Shown piece by piece: positions 18,237 through 27,881 of a stretch of DNA of 46,999 bases. The DNA lies in the IMG/VR virus record IMGVR_UViG_3300016476_001496, positions 1-46,999 of that record. One strand, given 5' to 3'. Under the pieces are notes generated by a model, which did no database searches, was not told where the DNA came from, and saw only the letters and a program-made list of their open reading frames with translations. Both the position numbers and the translations under genes were made by a program. Position 1 is the first letter of the stretch. The number at the start of each line of letters is the position of its first letter. Source of the DNA: a virus. Taxonomy: Duplodnaviria; Caudoviricetes.

Positions 18237-20103
18237 ATTAAAAGAAGGTAGTATCTATGAAGGTACTATAGATTTCTCAAATAGTGGTAATGCATCCATT
18301 ATAGTAGAAGACAGAAGTATTTTTATCTATAAAAAAAATACATTGAATGCTCTTAACTCAGATAAAGTAAGAGTTAAAATTATTATTAAGAATAATAAAG
18401 TAGAAGCGGAAGTAATAGAAGTATTAGAAAGATTCCGTACACAATTTGTTGGTAAAGTTCACCTAAACAAAGACCTAACCTTTGTAATACCAGACAGTCA
18501 AAAAATTCCAGTAGATTTTTATATTAAAGGAGACCATGATGCTAAGAATGACCAAAAAGTTTTAGTTGAGTTCTCAAGCTGGGAACCTGGTTCCAAATCA
18601 CCTAAAGGTAAAATTATTGAAATATTAGGAGAATCTGGTGATAATAATACTGAAATGAACTCAATTATGTATGAATATGGATTACCTAATAGTTTTCCAC
18701 TAATGGTTGAAGCAGATGCTGAATTGATACCATTTGAAATATCACAAACAGAAATTGATAAAAGAAGAGATATGAGAAGTATCACTACTTTTACTATTGA
18801 CCCAGTTGATGCAAAAGATTTTGATGATGCACTTTCTGTAAATATATTAGACAATGATATAGTTGAAGTTGGTATCCATATTGCAGATGTATCTCACTAT
18901 GTTAAAGAAGGATCTGATTTAGATGATGAAGCTATAAATAGAGCAACATCAGTTTACTTAGTTGATAGATGTGTACCTATGTTACCTGAAAGATTAAGTA
19001 ATGGTGTTTGTTCACTAAGACCTAATGAAGATAAACTTTGTTTCTCTGTTGTAGTTACTTTAGACAGAAACGGAAAAATATTAAACAAATGGTTTGGTAA
19101 AACGGTTATACACTCTGATAGAAGATATTCTTATGAAGAAGCTCAAGAAATAATTGAAGGTAAAGATGGAGACTTCAAAACTGAAATTATTTTATTAGAT
19201 ACAATTGCTAAGAAAATGAGAAAACAAAGAATATCAGATGGCTCAATTGAAATGGGTGGTATTGAAGTAAGATTTAAGTTAGACCCTATTACTAAAAAAC
19301 CAACTGGTGTTTATTTCAAAACTCAAAAAGATGCAAATAAACTTATTGAAGAATATATGTTACTTGCAAATAAATTAGTTGCAAAAGAATTATCTGATGC
19401 AAAATATCCAAATGTTTATAGAGTACATGATACTCCCAATCTTGAAAAATTAGAAGCACTTTCTTTAATCTGTAAAAACTTTGGTTATACTTTAGAAGTT
19501 GAAGGTGAACCAGCAAACCTTAAAAAATCAATTAATCAATTAGTTGGTGATATTAAAGGTAAACCAGAAGAGAATATGATTGAAACCTTAATCACAAGAT
19601 GTATGTCTAAAGCTACTTATACAATAGTAAACTCTGGACACTATGGATTAGGATTTACTCACTACTCTCACTTTACTTCACCTATTAGAAGATATCCAGA
19701 TTTAATAACTCATAGAGTTTTATTTGATTACTTAAATAAGAAATCTGTTGGAAGTCCTAAGAAAATTGAAGATATGGCTAAATGGTGTTCTGAAAGAGAA
19801 ATCTTGGCAGCAAAAGCACAAAGAGATTCAATTAAATACAAACAAATTGAATACTTAGAAGATAAAATTGGACAAGTATTTGATGGTATAGTTTCAGGAG
19901 TAACTGAATGGGGTATGTATGTTGAACTTATTGAAAGTAAATGTGAAGGTATGGTTAGATATAACAATAACTACACAGTTGATGCTGAAAATTATATTGT
20001 ATTTCCTAAAATGGGTGGTTCAATAAGATTAGGTGATGAAGTTAAAGTTGTTGTTAAAGCAATTGACTTAGATAGAAAACAAATAGATTTTGAAGTATTC
20101 TAA
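18229..20103 (+). CDS. rnr: Ribonuclease R (RNB family)
   Basis: FTIDPVDAKDFDDALS, HIADVSHYV, HFTSPIRRYPDL; N-terminal cold-shock domains and C-terminal S1. Confidence 0.95.
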   Translation: MNKLKEGSIYEGTIDFSNSGNASIIVEDRSIFIYKKNTLNALNSDKVRVKIIIKNNKVEAEVIEVLERFRTQFVGKVHLNKDLTFVIPDSQKIPVDFYIKGDHDAKNDQKVLVEFSSWEPGSKSPKGKIIEILGESGDNNTEMNSIMYEYGLPNSFPLMVEADAELIPFEISQTEIDKRRDMRSITTFTIDPVDAKDFDDALSVNILDNDIVEVGIHIADVSHYVKEGSDLDDEAINRATSVYLVDRCVPMLPERLSNGVCSLRPNEDKLCFSVVVTLDRNGKILNKWFGKTVIHSDRRYSYEEAQEIIEGKDGDFKTEIILLDTIAKKMRKQRISDGSIEMGGIEVRFKLDPITKKPTGVYFKTQKDANKLIEEYMLLANKLVAKELSDAKYPNVYRVHDTPNLEKLEALSLICKNFGYTLEVEGEPANLKKSINQLVGDIKGKPEENMIETLITRCMSKATYTIVNSGHYGLGFTHYSHFTSPIRRYPDLITHRVLFDYLNKKSVGSPKKIEDMAKWCSEREILAAKAQRDSIKYKQIEYLEDKIGQVFDGIVSGVTEWGMYVELIESKCEGMVRYNNNYTVDAENYIVFPKMGGSIRLGDEVKVVVKAIDLDRKQIDFEVF

Positions 20104-20525
20104 TGGAATTAAATGTAAAACTTGATAATAATACTTTAGACCAGTATGATAAGGCACTTTCCACTTATATTGAGTGGAAATCTTTTTATAGAGAAATTAA
20201 ACTAACAACATTACTTGAGGGTAAAAAAGTTCAGTTTGATATTGATAATATACAAAAGATTGGAATGGTATATGATTTTATAACACTTGATAATGGTAGT
20301 AAATTAGACACAATGGCATTTGATATAAAAGGTATGACCTTTATTATAAAAGATAATACTATTGAGAAATTGACCTTAAAGGCAGAATTTTTAGAAACTG
20401 ATTGTGGAAGGAGATTAAAAGAAATGTATGATGCAGGAATAGAACTTGAAGTTAATCAAGTTTTCACTGATAAAAATATTTCTTTTAAGATAACTTTACC
20501 AGAAACTAAAAATCCTTTCAATTGA
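20103..20525 (+). CDS. Hypothetical protein with REIKLTTLL motif and a degenerate prohead-protease-like segment
   Basis: LKAEFLETDCGRRLKEMYDAGIEL resembles the protease segment GEIKLLSTYWGKEAKALVNDGCPV; catalytic SSR absent. Confidence 0.6.
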   Translation: MELNVKLDNNTLDQYDKALSTYIEWKSFYREIKLTTLLEGKKVQFDIDNIQKIGMVYDFITLDNGSKLDTMAFDIKGMTFIIKDNTIEKLTLKAEFLETDCGRRLKEMYDAGIELEVNQVFTDKNISFKITLPETKNPFN

Positions 20526-20537
20526 AAGGATTTTTTT
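20508..20537. terminator. Bidirectional terminator
   Basis: aaaaatcctttcaa/ttgaaaggattttt palindrome between convergent genes. Confidence 0.8.
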
Positions 20538-20538
20538 A

Positions 20539-22296
20539 TTAAAACTCAAACTCTGAACTTTCACCACCTGCAGCAGGAGGAGTTTCAGGTGCTGCTTGAG
20601 GTGCTGCTTGTCCTCCACCTTGTGCTGGGGCCTCAGGTGCTGCTTGAGGTGCCGCTTGTCCACCTCCACCAGGCATTTCACCACTTTCACCAGAGCCACC
20701 AAAGTCAGCTCCTCCACCACCTTCTGATGGAGATCCTGGTTCACCAGTAGCACCAGCTGCTTGATTAGCAACATCCATTGCCCAATACTTAGCATTCTCT
20801 GCTTTCTCTTCTGGTGTAAGTTTAAATACATTATCCATAATCCATTCAATGTGAAAGTATGGTTTCTCACCATTCATAACACCAAGTAAAGTACCAACAA
20901 TACCTGCTTTCTTCTCTAAATTGTTTATCTTTTTCCACTCTTCAAATACTTGGTTTGTAAAGAATGTAACATCTACTGCATTTGTAAAAAACTCATCATC
21001 TTTTAATTCAGGAAACTCAATTAACATCTGTAATCTCAATGGTTTAACAATTAACTCTTTGAAATTAGATCTTAATCTACTAATGAAATTATGAAACTTA
21101 ATCTCATCTCTTGTCATCTCTGCTGCATCAGTAACTAAATTACCACCACCATTATCACTTTCAAATCTTGACATTGGTATTTTAGATGCTCTTTTAAGTG
21201 CTTTATAGAACCAATCCAACATTGTGTCATCATTTAAGTTATGACCCTGTGGAGATTCTAATGTCATATTTGGGGTACCTGCATCTCCCTCTGGAAACCA
21301 AATCTGTTTATTATAAGGTAAATGTTTTGAACCATTAATAGTTAATGTTCCTAATGAATCATCCCATTCTACTTCTTCTGAATAATCATGTATTAATTGT
21401 CCTATTTGTTCTTCTGCTCTTTGTCTGGACATACCTTTAATTGGAATGGTAAACTTTTGATAAATAGTTGCATTAATAATGTTAAACATTATTCTTGTTT
21501 GTTGTAATATTTTTAATTGATTATATGGTTTAATCAAACCCTCTACATAAGATGTTTCTGAAAACTCATTTTGTGTTGAATATGATACATAAACAATTTG
21601 AGAATCTAAGAATATCCTTCTTAATTGTGGATCCTCTGGAAACTGAATCCATAAGTGACCAATTGATGGTTCATATGCAGGAACTAAAGTCTCAGGTCTT
21701 AATCTATTAAAACTAATAATGTTTTTCTTTTTATCATCAAATATAATCTCAAGTGCAACATAACCATCAACTAAGAAGTCTTTCATCATATTCCAAGCCG
21801 TTATGTTGTCAGAAAATCCAAACTTATTATAAATAGATTCAAAATACTCTTGATACTTATCTTGTATCTCTGTTGAATACTCAACTGGTAAAGCAACTGG
21901 TGAACAGAAATCTCTTTCATCATTATAAACAATACATTCATCTGCAATTGAACTAACAAAATCTCTAATCTCATCTTTGATTGAATACTCTCTTAATATT
22001 CTTCTTTTATCAGCATAAGCTTTATCTAAATAAGGTATTGATTTTCTGTTTAATACTGATGCAACTGCTCTTTGTGAGAAGAAGTCATACATTGAGTTAC
22101 CTCTTGCAGCATATGGATCTTCATTGATACCAATACCAACTTGGTTTCTGATAATCATATCATCATAATTCATTCCATAAGATGATAGGTTTCTTAATAT
22201 CCTATTAAATAATCCTCTATTTTCTACTGCAGATTGACCTGCAGCTCCAAAGTTTGCAGTATTACTATTTGTATCAAAGTTATTATATGATGCCAT
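20539..22296 (-). CDS. gp20: Portal protein (T4 gp20-like)
   Basis: IKPYNQLKIL, WFPEGDAG, LKRASKIPMSRF and EMTRDEIKFHNFISRLRSNF; low-complexity G/A/P/E tail. Confidence 0.92.
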   Translation of the reverse strand: MASYNNFDTNSNTANFGAAGQSAVENRGLFNRILRNLSSYGMNYDDMIIRNQVGIGINEDPYAARGNSMYDFFSQRAVASVLNRKSIPYLDKAYADKRRILREYSIKDEIRDFVSSIADECIVYNDERDFCSPVALPVEYSTEIQDKYQEYFESIYNKFGFSDNITAWNMMKDFLVDGYVALEIIFDDKKKNIISFNRLRPETLVPAYEPSIGHLWIQFPEDPQLRRIFLDSQIVYVSYSTQNEFSETSYVEGLIKPYNQLKILQQTRIMFNIINATIYQKFTIPIKGMSRQRAEEQIGQLIHDYSEEVEWDDSLGTLTINGSKHLPYNKQIWFPEGDAGTPNMTLESPQGHNLNDDTMLDWFYKALKRASKIPMSRFESDNGGGNLVTDAAEMTRDEIKFHNFISRLRSNFKELIVKPLRLQMLIEFPELKDDEFFTNAVDVTFFTNQVFEEWKKINNLEKKAGIVGTLLGVMNGEKPYFHIEWIMDNVFKLTPEEKAENAKYWAMDVANQAAGATGEPGSPSEGGGGADFGGSGESGEMPGGGGQAAPQAAPEAPAQGGGQAAPQAAPETPPAAGGESSEFEF

Positions 22297-22350
22297 TAAA
22301 TTAATTAAAAATTTTACTTATATATTAAATTTTCATTATTCCTCCAAATA

Positions 22351-23046
22351 CTACCTGTTCCCATACTTAGTAAGGCTTGTCTGTAATCTTTTAATATGAT
22401 CCTTCATTACATTATACTTATCAGAAATATCACTATTAACATCATAAAACTCTTTTAATGTAGAAGCCATTAATTCTTTATGTCTATCATCTCTTTTATC
22501 AATCTTAGCTACCCATATTTCATTTAATTTATTTGGGTCATATTTATTTATAGGATGTTGTGAATATAAAAATCTTGGAAGTAATTCTAAACTAATTCTA
22601 TGAACTCTAACTAACTGAATTGCATTAAACTCCATTAAAGCATATTCAAATCCAAGTTTTCTAATTTCATTATACATACCATTATAATCAACTTTCAATA
22701 GAGAATTTTTTTCAAAGTCTTCTGGTAAAATAAATTTATCAAATAACATCACTCTTACTTCCATTGGAATAAAATTAAAATTAACTGCAAATAAAACTAC
22801 TTTGTCTTCAAACTTCTTAAAGTCTGCAACAAATACAGGTGAATACTTCATCCAATTAGAATCATCTAAATAATGAAAGAAATAAAAACCACCTGGGTAA
22901 ATATCAGTAATACTTATTGCCAATACATCTGGTGTACTTTGATTGTATTTTTCATAAAAAAATAATGAATTGTTCTTAAAGTTTTCAACTATTCCATCTC
23001 CATTAACAAGTAGGTTAAGTTTAACTCTTTCTAGTAGTTCAGCCAT
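22351..23046 (-). CDS. DNA end protector (T4 gp2-like)
   Basis: PGGFYFFHY..SPVF..AVNFNFIP..R pattern; next to the gp4-like gene. Confidence 0.6.
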   Translation of the reverse strand: MAELLERVKLNLLVNGDGIVENFKNNSLFFYEKYNQSTPDVLAISITDIYPGGFYFFHYLDDSNWMKYSPVFVADFKKFEDKVVLFAVNFNFIPMEVRVMLFDKFILPEDFEKNSLLKVDYNGMYNEIRKLGFEYALMEFNAIQLVRVHRISLELLPRFLYSQHPINKYDPNKLNEIWVAKIDKRDDRHKELMASTLKEFYDVNSDISDKYNVMKDHIKRLQTSLTKYGNR

Positions 23047-23091
23047 AAAGGATTTTTATTTTTATATATAAAAATAAACTATAGATAAATT

Positions 23092-23619
23092 ATGTTAAAT
23101 TCTAAACCTAACAACTCCAAATATCATGGTGGTAACTTTATACCACAAAATAAAGATAAGGTCTTAAAACTAAACTCTGAGGGTGGTGTGTACTATAGAT
23201 CATCTTGGGAGAAGAGAATTATGTTTTGGATGGATATGAAAAAAGAAATATTTCAATGGGGAGCAGAATGTTTAGAAATTCCATATCAAATGACACATTT
23301 TGAAAATGGAGATGCTAAAGTAAAAGTACATAGATATTATCCTGACTTCTTCTATAGAATGAGATTAGCAGATGGAACTCTTAAAGAAGTTGTTGTGGAA
23401 GTTAAACCTCAAAAAGAATATGATATGGTTATAAAATTAAATGAAGGTAAATTAAATGTACCAGAAAATGGGCTTAAAAAATTAAAAAGTTTTGAGTATG
23501 ATTTAAAAATGGCACAGAAAAATAGAGACAAATGGGAAACTATGATAAAGTGGTGTAATAAAAAAGGTTATGACTTTATAATCATAACTGAAAATCATCT
23601 AAAAAAGTTTAATGTTTAA
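23092..23619 (+). CDS. gp4: Head completion nuclease (T4 gp4-like, TnsA-type fold)
   Basis: YRSSWE, IPY, HRYYPDF, VEVKP and KWE..WC..KG..F.IITE. Confidence 0.88.
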   Translation: MLNSKPNNSKYHGGNFIPQNKDKVLKLNSEGGVYYRSSWEKRIMFWMDMKKEIFQWGAECLEIPYQMTHFENGDAKVKVHRYYPDFFYRMRLADGTLKEVVVEVKPQKEYDMVIKLNEGKLNVPENGLKKLKSFEYDLKMAQKNRDKWETMIKWCNKKGYDFIIITENHLKKFNV

Positions 23620-23927
23620 TCTAAAACATATTCTATTTCCTTCAACTCAACTAAATTTCTTAGTTCTGTTTGTAATAATCTAATAGACTTAGACTCTTTT
23701 AAGATATTATAAATATTATCTGTAACATTAACCTCAATTGGTTTACCAACTGCCACTTCATAATGGTCAGGAATAGCTTTTGATTGTCTCAATTCATATT
23801 CTGTATTAATATAATCCAATCTTGCATCTAAGTCTATATGTATAGAACAACCATCTGGTCTTGAACCTTTTCCTTTAATAGATTCTTCCCAAAGTTGAAG
23901 AATGATAGTATCTGATAATTTTTTCAT
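23616..23927 (-). CDS. Hypothetical phage protein
   Basis: 103 aa with WEES..G.RPDGCSIH motif. Confidence 0.65.
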   Translation of the reverse strand: MKKLSDTIILQLWEESIKGKGSRPDGCSIHIDLDARLDYINTEYELRQSKAIPDHYEVAVGKPIEVNVTDNIYNILKESKSIRLLQTELRNLVELKEIEYVLD

Positions 23928-23933
23928 GTTTCT

Positions 23934-24098
23934 TTATTTACTACTTTTATCAAAAATACTTAATAAGTTTTCTATCTTTTTCTTTCTTATAACATTCTTT
24001 GGTGGAAAAATAGACATAGTATGTGTTATAGTAGCAGAACCAAATGCTGGTTGTGCTACTATATCAAATACTTTAATATTAGATTGAGTGGAGTCCAT
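23934..24098 (-). CDS. Unannotated 54-aa protein: prohead-protease motif fragment plus RKKKIEKLI tag
   Basis: Hand translation MDSTQSNIKVFDIVAQPAFGSATITHTMSIFPPKNVIRKKKIEKLIKYFDKSSK; fills the gap between gp55 and ORF 23927. Confidence 0.7.
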   Translation of the reverse strand: MDSTQSNIKVFDIVAQPAFGSATITHTMSIFPPKNVIRKKKIENLLSIFDKSSK

Positions 24099-24444
24099 TT
24101 CCGTCATTTGCACTATTTATTGAGATAAGTTTTATTTGATGTTCATTATCACCTTTCTTTTTATAAAGGTCATTCCATCCCTTTGCCAATCCTCTCTTAA
24201 AGATTTCTGTGAAGTAAGCAAAAGCATTAATTGATTTGTCTTCATTGAAGTTATACCAGTTTTGAAACATATCTAATAAACCACTTTGGTAGCAATCTAA
24301 TTTGTCATCATTTGACCAGTATCTCATCTTTTTGATTGTTTTCTTTGCTAAGAGCTCTAACATCTTCTCAGCATTTCTTGTTAGTCTTCCTTGAGCTTTA
24401 CTAACAATTATTTCTATGTAAAGGTCTTTATTATTTAAGTACAA
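24079..24444 (-). CDS. gp55: Late-transcription sigma factor (T4 gp55-like)
   Basis: YLNNKDLY N-terminus and NFNEDKSINAFAYFTEI motif. Confidence 0.8.
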   Translation of the reverse strand: MYLNNKDLYIEIIVSKAQGRLTRNAEKMLELLAKKTIKKMRYWSNDDKLDCYQSGLLDMFQNWYNFNEDKSINAFAYFTEIFKRGLAKGWNDLYKKKGDNEHQIKLISINSANDGNGLHSI

Positions 24445-24521
24445 TTCATATTTGATTCTTTTTTAACCAAGTTTTAATTAAATTGGTTTCATGTTATATA
24501 TATTGATGAAAAAAAAGTTTA

Positions 24522-24557
24522 AAAAAAAATCCTCAAATATTTATTTGAGGATTTTTT
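24522..24557 (-). terminator. Intrinsic terminator
   Basis: aaaaaatcctcaaata-tt-tatttgaggatttttt. Confidence 0.8.
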
Positions 24558-24574
24558 ATTATGTTTTAGGATGA

Positions 24575-25855
24575 TTATCCTCTAACTCTTTCTTTGTATT
24601 GTAATTCTTTAACTGCTTGTAATTCAGCGTTAAGATTTGAACTTCTTTTTTCAAGATTTGCCAATGCGGTTGTTAAAGTTTCTGATTCACCAATCATTTG
24701 GATAGAACCTTTAATTTTACCAATGTTAAAGTTAATATCTTCTAATTTAAGAGTGATTTCTCTTTCTTTATCTTCTAATTTTCTTTTAACAATTAATTCT
24801 TTTCCTAATTTATTTTCATAGAAATAAGTTAAATCACAATTTAATTCATTTCTTACTTCATTTACTAATTCTAAAGCAGATTCATATTTGAAGAATGAAT
24901 TACCATATCTCTCATCACATCTGTAAACAAATGTATTGTTTTTGTAATTGAAAGCAAATACTTCTAAATAAGGATTGATTAAGTTGTTAACTCTTTTAAC
25001 AACATCTAATTCAACAAATTTATCTAAGTTTTTAGAAGTTTCTAATAAAACTGGGTAGAAGTTTTTGTTTACAATAGGAACAATTGGAGAGTTGAATAAA
25101 CTTTCTAATGTAGTTTCACCATTTAATTCATCATCATTGATGAATAATGCTTTTTTACCAACACCTAAACCAATTGTCATATATTCAGAAATTCTGAAAT
25201 TAATTCTATTTTCAGTAACTGATGCATATTTCATAGCAGTTTCTAAAGTTCTTAAACTTTGTAAAGCTTCTGCATCTTTAACATGATTTTCTAATAATGT
25301 TTTCTCAATTGAATTTTCAGTTAATAAAAACCAAGAATCTTTAACCAAAGCAATGTGTCCTTCTTCAACTTGTTCAACAATTGTAAAAATTGATTCAACA
25401 TTACCACCACTTAAAAGATTATTTCTTTTTTCTGGAGATTTAGTTAAGTTGTGAACAAATACTTTAATTTCTGGAACCCAGTCATAAACTGCTAACTCAT
25501 TAAGAACTTTTGACATTCTATCTTGATCAGTCTCTAAATTAATAGTTTGTAATAAAACATTTATAGGTTGTCTATAAAGTTCACCTTGATTTTTAGAATT
25601 AAGAACACTATATAAGTTTTTTAATTCATATAACAATTCATAGTTTGCCATATCATCATTAAGGCTCTCTAATAAAGATTTAACTTCCTTATCATAAGTA
25701 TAAGGTTTTAATCTTTCATTAAGAGATGTAATTATAGTTTTCTCAGAGTGTTGATTACAAGCATTCATATGGCTTTCCACAATTACAAATATCTCTTCCT
25801 GGTCTAAAGAAAGGTCCTTTTTGAAGTTAAACAATTCAAGTTTAAGATTCTTCAT
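24575..25855 (-). CDS. Hypothetical late protein with C-terminal coiled coil (possible head core protein)
   Basis: 426 aa; AATATATA upstream (25884-25891); several L-x-E sites. Confidence 0.6.
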   Translation of the reverse strand: MKNLKLELFNFKKDLSLDQEEIFVIVESHMNACNQHSEKTIITSLNERLKPYTYDKEVKSLLESLNDDMANYELLYELKNLYSVLNSKNQGELYRQPINVLLQTINLETDQDRMSKVLNELAVYDWVPEIKVFVHNLTKSPEKRNNLLSGGNVESIFTIVEQVEEGHIALVKDSWFLLTENSIEKTLLENHVKDAEALQSLRTLETAMKYASVTENRINFRISEYMTIGLGVGKKALFINDDELNGETTLESLFNSPIVPIVNKNFYPVLLETSKNLDKFVELDVVKRVNNLINPYLEVFAFNYKNNTFVYRCDERYGNSFFKYESALELVNEVRNELNCDLTYFYENKLGKELIVKRKLEDKEREITLKLEDINFNIGKIKGSIQMIGESETLTTALANLEKRSSNLNAELQAVKELQYKERVRG

Positions 25856-25923
25856 ATTATTAAATATTATTTTTTTTATATACTATATATTTATATTAAA
25901 AAGCCATTTTTTACCACTTTTTA

Positions 25924-26826
25924 CTAATCCTTATTAGTATTCCTATTCTGTATTCCTCTTGAGCTAGGATTATCATTTCTTGCATTGTTTTCTTCCCTTG
26001 CTCTCAAGATATTATTAAACCATCTAGTTCTTTTTGGTTGTAAAAAGTAATCTGATTGATTATAATAGCTTGATTGTGTTGAACCTGGCTGTGTAAAGTA
26101 GTCAGAATAACCACCTTCAATAGAAAATCCGTTCATATCAGATTGTCCTGTTCCTTTTGAATATCCAGGCATATCTATTCTATCCTTTCTAAATGCAGGA
26201 TAATAAGTTTGAACTTCAAAAGAAACTTTCAATTTAACAGTATTATCACTTGATAAATTCTTTTCTCTTGATATTTCTATACCATTTGTATCAGGCATCA
26301 AAATAACTGCATCTATATTCATAAAGTTATGTTCAAAATACATAAACTTATAAATCCATAGAGTGTCCATAACTGATTGACTACACTTAAAAACATCTAA
26401 CTCACTAGCCAATAATATTTCCAATTCATAAGTTACAGAAATTGGAACAGACCTAACTCTCCCAATCAATTTTTTTATCTCAACCTCATTCTCAACAACA
26501 GTTCTTAACCAAACATTTGGATTTGCATACTCATCAGCTCTAATATTAAATCCTGTCATAGTCACATGACCTCTTGGTATAATATCAGTATTCAACTCAA
26601 CATATCTACCATTACCTGATGAATCACCAGAAACTATATCATCAACAAATGAGTCTAATAAAAATCTTTCATCACCTGTCATTGAATAATAAAAAGGTAC
26701 TTCTACAAACTTATCACCTGATGAAAATCTGTTTATCCATTTTACTTGACCTTCTAATGTATCTAATACACAAACCGTAAGGTCTCTAAAAAATACATCT
26801 TCAAAATTAAATCTTTCTCCTATCAT
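25924..26826 (-). CDS. Tail completion/sheath stabilizer (T4 gp15-like)
   Basis: VEVPFYY..ERFL, IIPRG and VPISVTYELEIL; late promoter at 26831-26838. Confidence 0.65.
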   Translation of the reverse strand: MIGERFNFEDVFFRDLTVCVLDTLEGQVKWINRFSSGDKFVEVPFYYSMTGDERFLLDSFVDDIVSGDSSGNGRYVELNTDIIPRGHVTMTGFNIRADEYANPNVWLRTVVENEVEIKKLIGRVRSVPISVTYELEILLASELDVFKCSQSVMDTLWIYKFMYFEHNFMNIDAVILMPDTNGIEISREKNLSSDNTVKLKVSFEVQTYYPAFRKDRIDMPGYSKGTGQSDMNGFSIEGGYSDYFTQPGSTQSSYYNQSDYFLQPKRTRWFNNILRAREENNARNDNPSSRGIQNRNTNKD

Positions 26827-26886
26827 ACTTTATATATTAAAAAACTTTTGTCTGTAATTCCAATATATCATGTAAAGGAAAATTAT

Positions 26887-27861
26887 ATGTCAGTAAATAA
26901 ATTATTATTATGGGAAAAATATCGTCCTAAAACTATGGAAGATGTTATCCTACTACCAAGAATAAGAGAACAATTCAAAGATGGTGTTACCCAACACTAT
27001 ATATTTCATGGTCACTATGGAACAGGTAAAACCAGTTTAGCAAGAATACTTATAGGTAAATACTCAAAAGAAACACCATTCTTAGAACTAAATTGTTCTT
27101 TTGATACATCTATAGATGTTCTTAGAACTCAAATTGATGACTTCTGTAAGTTTTCATCAATAATGGACACAACAACATCAGATATAAAATATGTATTCTT
27201 AGATGAGTTTGAAAGAGTATCAACAAACTTCCAAGATGCTTTTAAAGCATTCATTGAAAAGTATAATAAAAATGTTAGATTTATTATAACCACTAACCAT
27301 ATCAACAAAATATCAGATGGTCTAAAATCAAGAATTAAGTTAATTGACTTTGATGTTCAAGGATTAGATGAAGAAAAGTTCTTAAAACAAGAAATCTATA
27401 AAAAGATTACTAATACTATTCTACCTAATGAAGGTGGTGAAATACCTAAAGAAGATTTAATAGCAATAATTAATAAGAAGTTTCCTGATTTCAGGGCTGT
27501 AATAGTTGAAGTTCAAGGATATTTAGAAACAGGAACTTTAAGTAGTGGTGCAAGTAACATATCAAATAAAATCAAGTTAGACTTATACAAAAGTTTATAT
27601 GACAATTTAGATTATGAACAAATCTATCATTTCTTAATGTCAAACTTTGGTGCAGAAAAGATACACTCAATGTTAACTCTTTTAGGTAAACCATTTGTTG
27701 AATGGGCATTTAATGAAAAAAGAGAAGACATCAACAAATTGTTTCAAACAAGTTATGTAGTAACTGAGTTTACACCTAAGTTAGATAGTGCAATTGACCC
27801 TATTATATTAGGAATGACAGTAGTAGGAAAATTTAGAGATATATTAAAAAACCCAGCTTAA
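26887..27861 (+). CDS. Clamp loader AAA+ subunit (T4 gp44/RFC-like)
   Basis: LWEKYRP, Walker A GHYGTGKT, Walker B FLDEFE, FIITTN and PDFR; ATG start at 26887. Confidence 0.92.
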   Translation: MSVNKLLLWEKYRPKTMEDVILLPRIREQFKDGVTQHYIFHGHYGTGKTSLARILIGKYSKETPFLELNCSFDTSIDVLRTQIDDFCKFSSIMDTTTSDIKYVFLDEFERVSTNFQDAFKAFIEKYNKNVRFIITTNHINKISDGLKSRIKLIDFDVQGLDEEKFLKQEIYKKITNTILPNEGGEIPKEDLIAIINKKFPDFRAVIVEVQGYLETGTLSSGASNISNKIKLDLYKSLYDNLDYEQIYHFLMSNFGAEKIHSMLTLLGKPFVEWAFNEKREDINKLFQTSYVVTEFTPKLDSAIDPIILGMTVVGKFRDILKNPA

Positions 27862-27881
27862 TCAACTGGGTTATTTTTTTT
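27846..27881. terminator. Bidirectional terminator
   Basis: aacccag..ctgggtt hairpin flanked by A/T runs at a convergent junction. Confidence 0.6.

Noticed and set aside
20539-20770. GC-rich patch as horizontally acquired DNA
   Set aside because: Explained by the Gly/Ala/Pro-rich disordered tail of the portal protein.
23092-23619. TnsA-like transposase or mobile element
   Set aside because: Context (portal, gp2-like, gp55) and motifs fit the gp4 head completion protein; no transposon ends or tnsBC.
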